63,975 bases of DNA from Octopus bimaculoides (GCF_001194135.2 NC_068989.1:76763189-76827163); one strand, 5' to 3'; shown: positions 13,775 to 26,735, counted from the first letter of the stretch. The notes: generated from the sequence alone by a model not told the origin. Numbers and translations are program-made.

Positions 13775-13841
<67 letters not shown>

Positions 13842-15356
13842 ATAGATACATACGTACAAATACATACGTATGTTTGTGTTTGTGTATGTATGCGAGTGTG
13901 GGCTCGTAGTAGCTCATTTATTTAATCAATACAGGTGATTATTTATTTGTATATGTATGCCAGTCACCGAAGATATATGTATAATTCATAACCATAGTAT
14001 ATTTCTAAAACATTGCGTATTTGGTTGAGATGATAAATAATCAAATACATGTTGATTTCAGAATAAAAAATATATATTGCAGCAGTTGTAAAAGAACGAA
14101 ATGAAATTTTCTATACTTTAGCGTCGTCTGTAGATTTTGTGACTATATGTTTAATCAAATGGAAGTTATTAGATCAAGAAAGAGAGGGGGGAAACTGTCA
14201 AGGAACTTCTCTGATATATGACGTTAATGTAATAAAATTGTCCACTGGTGTACATCATTTGGTTTAAATGGGAGTTAAGATAAATTGTGTTCATTCTGCA
14301 TTTCTGAGATAATAGGCAATTTATGTCACGCATTTCTTTGGGACTCAGCAAAACGTATTCAATATAAATATCAAATAATTACAAAATAAAATAAACACTG
14401 TCAATTCGTTTGCAATGACTTTCCCGAAGAAAATTTGGGCTTCTGAATCATTGACTAGATATAAGTTACGAGATAGATATAAAAAGTGTTAGTGTTACTG
14501 AAAATTCCAAAATCAATACTGATGTCAACAGAATTTATTTCTCTAGTAAGGCTGATGGCTGTGATTTACATCTGTTTTAACATCATGTGAGATTCGGTTT
14601 TAATAGTCGTGCAACAACGTGTATACCTAGTATTTATTATTGGGCAATCTTCGCGAATTAAACAGCACAATATGTGCTAGGAATACACTTTGCCCTTTCT
14701 CCACTTCCTGTCGCAGATTATAGTATGGCATTCTGTCCATTGTGACTGACCTTCATTTTGAACTCTAAACACGTATTACAATACAATTATCGATTATCCG
14801 TTATTGATAACAATTCTCTGCGTGCTTGCTTTAAACATCATTTCCCTACCACATGCATTTGTGTACTTATGTATCTATGTCACAACAAGCATAAAGTTCT
14901 CTCTATCCATTTCTATTTATATCTGAACAAGCTGTTTCCTGATGGCGACAGTCATTCCCTTTCATCTACCAATCGTCTACAAATCTCTACATCGTGCACC
15001 ACGCACATTAATCAAACAAATATATCACTTCAAATGGCTCAATTATTTTCTTTTCTTTTTCATTCTTCATTCATCACACAGAATTACGAATTTCGTACAG
15101 TGTATCAGATGTGCTTCCAAAGTGTTTGCTTCTTCATAATTTTATTCAAACCTCAGCAAAAACACACTTGTCGATAATGGGCACGTGATATACTAAAAAA
15201 AAAAACATTTGACTACACAAAAGACTTCTCATGCATTTGCCCATATACCTTTATATAAACACATACCTGTTTCAGCGGTCTTAATTTTCACGTACATATA
15301 CATGCCTACATACACACACACAGATGTATGTATGTATGTATATATGTATGTGTGTG

Positions 15357-15393
<37 letters not shown>

Positions 15394-16457
15394 TTTATAA
15401 AATCATAACAACCAGAAAATTTAACAGGACTAAATGGAAAATTTGACACGACCATAAGATATATGGACAATTCGTAGCTAAGTCCTCATCAGTCAACGTG
15501 CAAAAGATCATAATAGTGTCGCGCTGTTATAGTTGAGGCTATTCCTTCTTGGGGGTGCCAGTGCAAACAAGCCACAGGGATTAGCTTATGAACATGCAGG
15601 ACAATGATGAAAACAAACTTGATGAAGACAAGCTAAAATGATTATAGTAATTATACATATACAAAGCAAAATTCATTCGTACGCGGACACTTAACGAATA
15701 TTCTTACGCCTATATTGTTAACAGAATAGATGCAACATTTGTACTGATCCATGTCTGATCTCATGGAGATAACGTACAATATTTCCTGGTCCGTTTCGTA
15801 ATACACACAAACACACACGATTTTGAAAGTATTTCATTCAAGTTCTATACCTGTTATATCAGAGGAAAAGTTTCACTTACTATTAGATCCCAACTGATTA
15901 GTATCTTCAAATTACTTTAAATCTTTACCGATTTACACAAACATTTTACTTTGCCTTCTTGATATATTATGGTATTACAAGCAATTCTTAGTTTTCTCAA
16001 ACTACCCTCTCCTGACTATTTCACTTCCAGCCACAGAATGCTTCTTTGCATTACTTTCATTTGTACAGTATTTTTCAAGAACAAACTATTTTCAACACCT
16101 ATCGGTTTAATACATTTTAGCACGTTTATCACCGGTCATTATACTTCATCATTATTCACTATTTATCCAATTTTATTTATCTTATCTCATTTTTGTAATC
16201 TCATCTATTTATTCATTTCTCATCCAACTTAATTCATTGCTTTGACGTAAATTTCATTACGTATTTAGTTTTTCAAATGTCTCTTACCAGATACATTGAG
16301 CCTTTCATCAAAAGTTCGTGTGATAATGATTTTCTATAAGAATCAGCATACATAACTGTATGCCTTAAAATGCGTAAACACAGGTGAGTGGGCTTGTTCC
16401 ACGTAGAAATCCGTGAATAATTGTATGTGGGTAATATCTCTTGGGTGTGCTAGAGTT

Positions 16458-16842
16458 ACGTTGTTGGCACTTCGTCACTTACGACGTCGAGGGTTCCAGT
16501 TGATCCGATCAACGGAACAGCCTGCTCGTGAAATTAACGTGCAAGTTGCTGAGCACTCCACAGACACGTGTACACTTAACGTAGTTATCGGAGATGTTCA
16601 GCGTGACACAGTGCGACAAGGCTGACCCTTTGAATTACAGGCACAACAGAAACAGGAAGTAAGAGTGAGAAAAAGTTGTGGTGAAAGAGTACAGCAGGGT
16701 TCGCCACCATCCCCTGCCGGAGCTTCGTGGAGCTTTAGGTGTTTCTGCTCAATAAACACTCACAACGCCCGGTCTGGGAATTGAAACCGCAATCCTATGA
16801 CCACGAGTCCGTTGCCCTAACCACTGGGCCAGTGTGCCTCCA
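16458..16842 (-). mobile_element. tRNA-derived SINE, full-length cephalopod-type copy (probably Ceph-domain family)
   Basis: The minus strand begins TGGAGGCACACTGGCCCAGTGGTTAGGG...GGTTTCAATTCCC (A and B boxes). The 3' segment is shared with 45361-45435. The family name is from memory. Confidence 0.8.
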
Positions 16843-17637
16843 CTGGAGTTACGTAAACGTATACATTCATGCGTATTGATATAAGCGTTTATATTCACAT
16901 ATATGCGATATGGAAATATGTATACGTCTATCTGTATGCTCGTAGAAATATGAATAAAAGTTCGCCTGCCTACATGCATACTCACATGAAAATATTTGTG
17001 AAACAAGATTAAAATGTAAATGTTGGCACAAAAGGTATCCAGCAGGACCATTAGTAACTGGTTTAAATTCCCCAAATTTGTTGCACAATTTTCCTGCTCT
17101 GTCATTTCTTATATAACTTTCCGTGTATATATTATCAGTTGACTTTATCATATCATCAACAAGTCATGTAGTCTTGGATGATTTTAACAGTATTCGCTTG
17201 ATGAAAATAGGTCGATAGAACTTTTCCACTCTCCCTTACATATAGCATATTGCCACGAGGCAAATCCTGAAAATTTTTTAGTCACTAAACTTGGTTCATG
17301 TAAATTTTCGTACATGTTTTGTGCTAAATCATCTCCTAATAAAACTGAAGCAGTTTTCACATCCATAACGTTTCTCGATGTTTAGCTTGCGATACAAAAC
17401 AACAACAAAACCAGAAAAAGAAAGACAACAACCAGTCTCAGCATCCAATCCAGGCACACAAAAAATTCAGACACGCTTCTCAATACCCACGTATTTTCAT
17501 TCTGTGTGCATGTATTTCTACGTGAGTTTAAATTTGACGGAAACAATGTGATCTAAGATTTCTTATTCTATTCGCCAACACTGAATATACATGATAAATA
17601 CAATGATAAATACATACCACATATACTTCAAATATAT

Positions 17638-18334
17638 CGTGAAGTACATTTGCCACCTATATGTGGCGGAGCCATAGGGGACGACGCTACTGTTGTTTAT
17701 AGCCTCAGGGAGAGACCCAAACACAATACACTATATGCTTTTTCCAGTGACAAACTGTCGCCGATCTCGAAAAACGAGAAAACAAACAATAATAAATCTC
17801 TGAGCGAGATGTAAACAGAAGCACTACAGAATCGTGAAATATTTTTCCAACCTAAATGAGGAGGATCCATAGGGGACGATGTTACTGTTGTTTATAGCCC
17901 CAGGAAATCATCTCATCCAGGTGGCTAACGACACACTCTCTGTGTTCGATTAGTGTTTGCGATGGGAAATCATCCATGGAAAATCAACTGTCGGTGATCT
18001 CGAAAAAGGAGAAATAAACAGTTTGTCACTGAGAAAAGCATATAGTATTTTACATTTGGAATGAGTTCTCATCACTAGCTGGTGATTGTCACACGCTGAT
18101 GACAGTTTACTACCCAGAAACCCGGGTTTGTATGTATCACGTAAGGTTACAGAGGGGAACGATGATTTCCCATCCCAAATACTAATCGGACACAGTGTGT
18201 CGTTAGCCAGCTGGAGATGTCTTTCTAGGGAAATAAACAAGAGTAGCATCATCCTCTATTGGTCCGCCAAATTAAGGTGGCAAATATATTTCGCGATTCC
18301 GTGCTGCTACTGTTTACGTCTCGCTCAGAGATTT
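17638..18334. repeat. Mosaic of inverted and direct copies of one repeat family
   Basis: 17794-17974 is inverted relative to 18161-18334. A partial direct copy lies at 17638-17716. 17731-17757 is inverted relative to 18019-18045, and 17753-17787 is direct relative to 17986-18019. Confidence 0.8.
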
Positions 18335-19214
18335 GATATATATATATATATATATATANNNNNNNNNNNNNNNNNNNNNNNNNNNNNNNNNNNNNNNNNN
18401 NNNNNNNNNNNNNNNNNNNNNNNNNNNNNNNNNNNNNNNNNNNNNNNNNNNNNNNNNNNNNNNNNNNNTATATTTATATATATATATATATACACACACA
18501 GACACATATACGTACACACGCAGATACACACACACACACCCACATACACATATCATTCTCCATCATCTTTTTTCATCTAATGGGCTCTAATCTCCTGATG
18601 AATCCAACGATGAAGATTAATGACAGCCATTTAAATCGCTATATTTCCCAAACATTGTTCGGGTCATTAAAATAACCAAAATAGTGTCAGGTCAGCTGAT
18701 GATCAAGAAAAAAATTTATAGAATAAAATATCTAAATTAAGAACAAATCGATATTCCGATTTATGAGCACATTGCACCCTATGGGTTATTTATTAATACT
18801 ATATTACTTTTAGGCGATCTATTAATTTGTACGCATAATATCACTTCAGAGCCAGCAGCTTACCGGTGATGATTTGCCACCGAGGTTTTCCGCTTCAGAA
18901 CTGTGATGTCTGGTTTATGATTTAATGAACAGGTTATTTAGTCGTATCATTGACTGTGCGTTTGCATATATTTTGTTCTGCTAATATTAAGACGGCCGAT
19001 GTTTCTCGTTATGGAAAACGACACGTAGAGATACGGAGTACGTGAAGACTTTTAAAATCATGATCAAGGCGCTGGGGACTGTGGTGATAACTACGACGAT
19101 GATGATATGAAATGAAATACGTAATTGTATGTGTAAATAATTGATTTTTATCATAGACACGATGTCGGAAATTTTATAGGGGTTGGGTTTTGTGTTGTTT
19201 CATTCGCCTCTAGT

Positions 19215-19350
19215 AAGTATCCGGTACTTTATTGTATCCACCTCGGTGGAATGAAAAGCAGATAGTTCCCGGTGGAATTTGAATTCAATGCTGAATGAAC
19301 CTTAAATATTTTTTCCGACAATTTTATAATTCTTCCAAACCTTCAGGCGC
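19215..19350 (-). mobile_element. Degenerate copy of the tRNA-SINE family seen at 20400
   Basis: GGTACTTTATT..ATCCACCTCGG..GAATGAAAAGCA...GGTGGAATTTGAATTCA aligns loosely with the family. Confidence 0.5.
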
Positions 19351-20106
19351 CATATAAAAATAAAACTGTCTCTCGCCTGCTGTTAATTATAAACTAAAAG
19401 TGTATATATAGCACTAATTCAATTTCAGATAATTCTTTCCCAAAATAAGTGGTCTTAGCATCACCGCACGCAAAATCGTCACAGATTTTTTTTACCAGGT
19501 ATTAGGTCATTTAGAAAAAGATCGTTTAATGTTTTTTGAGAAAATTTTACATTTTATGTGATTTAAGAATATTCACATAAATTTTCATTTTTAATCTCTA
19601 CTCAGGAAAAATGCCAGTAACAAAGATCCGTTAGTGGATCCCATGAATTGTGGGAAGCAAAGGAAGAAGGTATCCTGAAACCTGTGATTTGGTCTGGATA
19701 CTTGATACCGAGCGGACTTTGCTAAATGCACCAAATAATGCACACAAAAAGAGAATTCGTGATACATACATATAGTCCTAATTCATAGGTTCCGTAGCTG
19801 CAATATCCATTGAGTGCAGTTAAGGATTATGTAAGGAAGCAGTAGTACATACACTCAAACCTAAGATAATACTGTCCATTGGCTGCATTATCCCTAAAAC
19901 ACAGACAAAACTTATATGAGAGGAGAACACTGTATTTATACAAAATATTATATCACGACACGTAAATGAAAAGACTGTATCATCTTGAAAACTTGCATAA
20001 GCATATCTTTCCTCTCTTGCATAATCTTTGCGCTTTTCCTTTCTCTCTCAGCCTGTCGCTCTGTCTGTCTCTGTCTTTGTCCCTCTGTCTGTCTCTGTCT
20101 TTGTCC

Positions 20107-20158
<52 letters not shown>

Positions 20159-20399
20159 CTGCCTATCTCTCTCTTTCTGTATTTATGTATGTAGGTTTTT
20201 ATTTTCTTCCATTTTCATTTAGAACTTTAAATAAACGTGGTTAAACTCCTTCGATTCCTCTCTCACTCATTCTTTTCTCTTGCTTGCCATTCACCTTCGT
20301 CTCCAACTCCATAATAACGAAAGACAAATGGCAAGTGTCACTAGCAGAACACATGATATTTGTGTGGATTGGCAGGGATATAGATTACATATGCATGTG

Positions 20400-20617
20400 A
20401 AGGCGGCGAGCTGGCAGAAACGTTAGCACTCCGGGCGAAATGCTCAGAGTTATTTCGTCAGTCTTTACGTTCTGGGATAAATTCCACCGAGGTCGACTTT
20501 GCGTTTCATCCTATCGCCATTGATAAATTAAGTACCAGTTGTGTACTGGAATTGAGCAAATCGACTGGCCCCCTCCTCAAACATTTCGGACCTTATGCCT
20601 AGAGAAGAGAAGCTTAT
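20400..20617 (+). mobile_element. tRNA-derived SINE (Meta-like central domain), full-length
   Basis: Head AAGGCGGCGAGCTGGCAGAAACGTTAGC and core GAGGTCGACTTTGC.TTTCATCC...GATAAATTAAGTACCAGTT. There are at least 8 related copies in the window. The domain name is from memory. Confidence 0.85.
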
Positions 20618-21440
20618 ATATCTACGGCTATACTGCGTTCGAAATATTACTTTCTTGTCTGTAAAATACAAAACACATTCGACGCTTCCAGTCTTTGTTT
20701 ATAAAATGTTATTGAATTATATATCACAGTATTAAATTATCACGAATTGCTGGCTGGTAGAATAATAGAGTGTATGGCTGTTGAAACACTAATCTCTCAT
20801 AGAAAATCTTCGTATAAACTTCAGATTGATGACAAGTTTAGTGGCCACCCACTGTACACGTAATTAAGCATTTCTTAGAGTATTTCTTTAACCAGAGAAA
20901 TCCAGTCTCCTTCGTTATCTGATGTGTGCTAACTGTTCATTATCAAAAGTAAATTAATCGTTAGGGATGCCGGTAATATAACCTAATTAAGCTAATCTGT
21001 ATAAAAGCTTGTCCAGTTTTAGTATTGAATGCAAGTAAGACGGTAAAGTTTGTAGCAAGATATAATTAAATCCCGGTCAGGATGAGTGAGGATTGAACTT
21101 CATACACTCAATTACTGGTAAGCTGTCATATCAATATCAGGAACCAATGATACACAGCGTATTAAATGCTACCCTATTCAAAACTAGATTTTGCGTATGG
21201 ATGACGAAAGGGTCAAGAGAGAAAGAAGCTAGTTGGTCAGTCCTTACAGAAAATATGACTTTCAGACCTCTTTTAATTGTCTAGAGTTAATGGTTTATAA
21301 TCAGCAAAAGAGATAATGTAACACAGCTCAACCACTTGCGGATATTATGTGAATAAGCTGAATTATACCAGTTGCTACTAAAGGACATTATTTACATTAA
21401 TTACATTCGACGGATATTTGTCCTCATCTTGTTTGTTGTT

Positions 21441-21486
21441 AACTCAACGTTTCGGCTGATGTACCCTCCAGCCTTCTTCAGGTGTC
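21441..21486 (-). ncRNA. Minimal type I hammerhead ribozyme motif, copy A (core intact, one stem I mismatch)
   Basis: GACAC CUGAAGA A GGCUG-gagggtacat-CAGCC GAAA CG UU GAGUU. Confidence 0.65.
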
Positions 21487-21634
21487 TTCGGGAAATTTCG
21501 AACCTGGGTTAAGAGCGCGGGCTACTAACCCCAAGATTCCGAGTTCGATTCCAAGCAGTGACCTGAACACTAATAAAGATAATAACATCGAAAAATACCT
21601 TAGGAATGAGAACCCAGGGTCGAAATTTCCCCAA

Positions 21635-21680
21635 GACACCTGAAGAAGGCTGGAGAGTATATCAGCGGAAATGTTGTGTT
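21635..21680 (+). ncRNA. Hammerhead motif, copy B (degenerate)
   Basis: GACAC CUGAAGA A GGCUG-gagagtatat-CAGCG GAAA UG UU GUGUU. The stem II closing pair and the stem III palindrome are broken. Confidence 0.5.
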
Positions 21681-23965
21681 AACAACAAACAAGATGAGTA
21701 CAAATATCCGTCGAATGTAAATAATGTAAATAATGTAAGTAATGTACAGAATTCCTCATCTCTTAAATATAGAACTGTGCTACTAAAGGAGTCAAAAATA
21801 TCATTTCTCTACACCACTGTGTTTATTAACGAGAAGATTAAATGAAAAATATTTTCCACCATACTTTTTCCTTCGTCATGGATTTGCACCAAGTTAAAAG
21901 TTCACAACGATCTTCATTACACTGAAAAAAGTAAAATCTGTCAATCTGCTTTTGATCATCCCAAGCCTGCTTTTTGTGTGCCCGGTCAATCGCCTTAACT
22001 GACGTTAACGTTTATTATTTAGTTTTATCATTGGCTGCGTGTTTGGGAAACAACGTATTGGGGGCCGGACTGCGTGGAGCCTTTCAAAATCAGTCTTACG
22101 ACACATTAAATGTTGTGATATGGTCGAAGGAACACGTTCATGAAGACACTGGAGTATTGGGACAAAATTGTAGATATTCATCGTACTACAATTCCGTCAA
22201 TTAAATTAATGAAGCAAAGAAAATAGCTCCTTACTGTCCTTAATATTAACTAGAAATATCTCAGGAACGTAGTAGACGTTAAAAGAATATAAATCTACTC
22301 GTCTTTTCCAGCCAATGAATTCATGGATAAGGCGTTCCCTTTGCAGCTAGAGTGCTACCAGCCTGGAAAACGCTATGTGACACAATAGACAGGTATATTC
22401 TATCATAACGTTTGGTTGAGCGGTGTGTGCCCGCTGTGTGTCTGCCCATCTCTCTCGTAAGTACAAACACAAACACACGCACGCACACACGCACACACAC
22501 ACACACATAGACACACACTCACACACACACATACACACACACACACACTCTCTCTCTATCTCTCTCTCTCTCACACACACACATACACACAAACACACAC
22601 ACCCGACAGACCCCTATGTCTATATAATATATTCTGTGATAGTGATATTCATTGTGCATAAAAAAAAATAAAACTCACTGATTGTACTTCATAGTTATTT
22701 ATTTGGTTGATTGACAAATGCCTTTCGCAATATTCTGCAAGTTTTCAAAGAATTTTCTTGAGGCGTAGATACACATACATATTTAGAAACAAATATACGC
22801 ATACGAAGGCTAATACACACATACTATATATGTATGCCTCTGAGTTTCTGTGTGAGTGTTTATGGGCAGGTCAGTTACGTGTGTATTTATGTATGTGTGA
22901 TTTAAAAACAGATTACTTATTCATAGTAACTCAAACAAACAAAATCTTTACGAATGAGACTATAATGCATTCTAAGATCATATTATAACAAATTCTATAC
23001 ATTCCTAACACTGTTCCATTTGAACTTATGAACAAAAACAAAATAGAGCAAATGCAAGAAGGAACGGATATAAAGTACCTGTGACATTCGCAGAAATTAA
23101 ACGAAAAACGTTGTTGTTACCTCATATTATTTGTAAAGTTTAATATTTCTGTGTGAGCTTTTTAATGTTTGGTTATATGAAATTAATTTCCAGATACACC
23201 AGCAATACTTATCAACTTTCGGTTCTTATATTTGGATGAAGTGATTGGTGATAGCCTGTCTTTACCAATATATTTCATTATCAGCGCTGATTCCGCTGTT
23301 GGGGGATGTTATCGACACTAAGACTTTTGAGCATTAGTATTTTGCTTCCCAATTCAGAAAGTGTTTTATTTTATTTTTGCTAACAAGCCAATGCTGTTTA
23401 TATTTATTTTCACATTCTGCTCGTATATCAGCATTGCTTCTATACCTAGTATCTTATTTCTCTAGCGAATTATGTATAGGCTTAAGCGTATCTAGTTTCA
23501 TTTATGTCCATGTCATTTCATGGCATTATGAACGTTCCTTGTTTCCAATATCTAGTGACCTGTAGTATATTTATAAATGGCATAAAAATTGGGATCGTCA
23601 AGTACCAAACCTTTGCGATTGCAATCAAATTTGTGCGTAATATTGGTCATTACAAACGTCCTAGGTGCGTTATTAGCGTGGAACTTTGTTATAAGTAGAA
23701 CTATTTTAAGGTTGCTCTTTGAAAAAAAATATTATTGTTGCTGTTATATGTTCAATGTATTTTCGCCCCTTTCAGACATTTAAAAAAAATTATTTATTAG
23801 TTCTTGAGTCACGAAGAATTTGATTCAGGCAAGAATGTTTTAATGATCTGTGTTTAGTAGTAGCACCTCAGCCGCGTTTTGCAAATAGGTATTTAAGAGT
23901 AAATTACATCGTCAGATACATATGCATTTATATATAATACATAAATATATACAAGTATATTTGTA

Positions 23966-24011
<46 letters not shown>

Positions 24012-25751
24012 NNNNNNNNNNNNNNNNNNNNNNNNNNNNNNNNNNNNNNNNNNNNNNNNNNNNNNNNNNNNNNNNNNNNNNNNNNNNNNNNNNNNNNNNN
24101 NNNNNNNNNNNNNNNNNNNNNNNNNNNNNNNNNNNNNNNNNNNNNNNNNNNNNNNNNNNNNNNNNNNNNNNNNNNNNNNNNNNNNNNNNNNNNNNNNNNN
24201 NNNNNNNNNNNTTCATCCTTGTCCTCTGTCGTTTCCACGTGCTTTCTCTTTCTTTTTTGTTTTTTCGAAAAAGTCCGCAGCATCGCAATCTCACTTGATA
24301 ACATGAAAATCATTAAGAAAATTTTATATCGCATTACGGGATTTCGCGTTACAGACAGAACTTCAGGAACGTATTACTACCGTAATGTGAGGGATTCCTG
24401 GAACTTCGGAAAAGTTATCTTCCCTTCTGCTCTAGATACTAAAGAGAGAAACCTCTGAACTTAGTTTCTCATAGGGGGGAAAAAAAAAAAAAACAAGACT
24501 CTCAAAGTTATTGGCTCTTTTTACACCGTTTCATGTCCAGCGAGAAAATTTCCATGGGAAACTGTAACGAAGATTCTTATCGGTTCTAATAACGGACAAA
24601 TCTATTTGAACTGCTATCAAGTATATTTTCCTATCATTCACTGTTTCCCGTATCTGCTCATGAACATACGCACATACACGCTCTCCCTCTCTATCTCTCT
24701 CTCACACACAACACACACGCACATATGCGTACGCTAACTATCTATCTCTCTCTCTCACACGCACACACACATGCGCGCGTATTAGTCAGCATACGGGGCG
24801 GGAATGGGCAGGAAACAGCAATAAAAATACTATCAGTAGATGTTGACATCGCACTTTTACACAGATCAATTGATTCCTAACATCAACATCACACATCATA
24901 TAATTATTTGGAATTAATACCAATACATTTCTCCAAAATGGTCAATGTTTATCACTCATTGAAGTCTAACTCTAACCATAAAGCATCAATGAAAAACTCT
25001 ATTGATATCAATAGTCCTTCCTAATACAATATAAATATTTATCATTATGAGATATAACAGTACGTGTGGACATTTTATCATGATGTATGTTTGTATTAAC
25101 CTTCAGTAGAAAAGAATATAATGTACGTCGTAAAATCTCTTTTTCTAATGCCAACATAAATATTGTAAACTATTTTCAATGGCGATTTCCATGTAGTTTA
25201 CTATTAAGTAAACATACATATATATATATCAGTGTTTTGCTTGGCAAAAATCGATATTAAATATAATTTAGTGGTAGCCAATTAAGATTTGATAGTGATT
25301 CTGCTGTAATATACAAAACTGCTTTGCGATAATCTTATAAATGACATTTATGTTTGAAAGTTTGAGAGCTTAAATATGATTGGAAATTATATGATCATGA
25401 CATGGGATTATAATTATACAGGGAAATAAATATATTAATACTGTAGCAATTGCTTTAGAAATATTAAACTTAGTCATGGAAGATGACATTAATAGCTTCC
25501 AGGAAATTCTCATATTAGTAATGATAATTACACTTATTTAAAATTTGATTAGAACTTTAAAACTATATAACCACTCAAAGAAAGACAGGCAGAAACGTAT
25601 TCATATATACAGAGGCATATACACTTGAACTCACACGTGAACAAATTCAGGAATACTTACATATATATACATATACACACCAATACGTCCTGTACACACA
25701 AACACACACACACACGAGGCACACACATGTACACACGCAAATACATGTATA

Positions 25752-26335
25752 TATTGGGTCATACGATAAATATAGCGATTTTTTATACTTTTATGTTTCA
25801 AAATTAAATGAAGAAAGTTCTTTTTTAATCTAAAATATACTTTCATCCATTGTCTACAATGCTCTTCCATCTATCTGGTAGACTTACAAGGCGTCTCTTC
25901 CAAAATTCACTTGTTCGTAACGAAAAATGGTCCTCCAGTGTTGTTCTGACCTCGTCTACAGAATTCATATTTTTTCCGTCCAAATTATATTGAAGACTGC
26001 GGAATAAATGATAATCAAATGCGGTAGTGTCCACTGAATATGGTAGGTGGGGCATCGTTTCTCATTTAAATTGCTCCAGTTTTTGGAATGTCAAAATCGC
26101 AGTTTGTGGCCAAGCATTATCCTGATGGAAGAACACTTTTCGTCTTGAAACCAAAGATAGACGTTTTTCTTCTTTCGCAGGCGCCGATAAATGGTTGGAT
26201 GACAAAATCTAAGCTTCTCTACTAGTTCTCCAACAGTTACGATGGAATGTGGTTTCACTAGAGTTTTGCAGGACGTCCTCGTTGAGCTCTACAGATCTTC
26301 CAGGATGAGGCATGTCAATCATCGTTGACACTGGC
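25752..26335 (-). mobile_element. Mariner (DD34D) transposase remnant with internal deletion and one TIR
   Basis: Translates to ...RPGRSVELNEDVLQ... then SLVSRRKVFFHQDNAWPQTA...MPHLPYSVDTTAFDYHLFRSLQYNLDGK...LPDRWKSIVDNG. The TIR TA-TTGGGTCAT... starts at 25752. Confidence 0.92.
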
Positions 26336-26667
26336 TTACGCTTATTGTCCGATACCCATATACTGCATTAATATTCCTCGTACTTTCCGTTGCGTTGTTG
26401 CTTTTATTGAACTCATAAAGCATATGTTAATGCAGTATATGGGTATCGGACAATAATTGTAAGCCAGTGCCATTATATATATATATATNNNNNNNNNNNN
26501 NNNNNNNNNNNNNNNNNNNNNNNNNNNNNNNNNNNNNNNNNNNNNNNNNNNNNNNNNNNNNNNNNNNNNNNNNNNNNNNNNNNNNNNNNNNNNNNNNNNN
26601 NNNNNNNNNNNNNNNNNNNNNNNNNNNNNNNNNNNNNNNNNNNNNNNNNNATATATATATATATGTA

Positions 26668-26734
<67 letters not shown>
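26668..26734. repeat. (GATA)n microsatellite
   Basis: Direct reading. Confidence 0.95.

Positions 26735-26735
<1 letters not shown>

Larger units (their letters stand above)
21385..21778 (+). mobile_element. tRNA-head element with PLE-like hammerhead-bearing tail and an inverted partial copy at its 5' end
   Basis: An inverted arm (21385-21510) precedes a tRNA-like segment (21507-21560; B box GTTCGATTC at 21543-21551), an AAT-rich linker, and the full tail (21586-21778) ending AATTCCTCATCTCTTAAATATAGAACTGT. Confidence 0.8.

Noticed and set aside
15470-15495. Minus-strand CTGATGA followed by GAAT
   Set aside because: GAAA is missing and stem II does not pair.
21507-21560. Possible tRNA gene
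   Set aside because: It lacks an acceptor stem and has an imperfect anticodon stem. It is interpreted as a SINE head.
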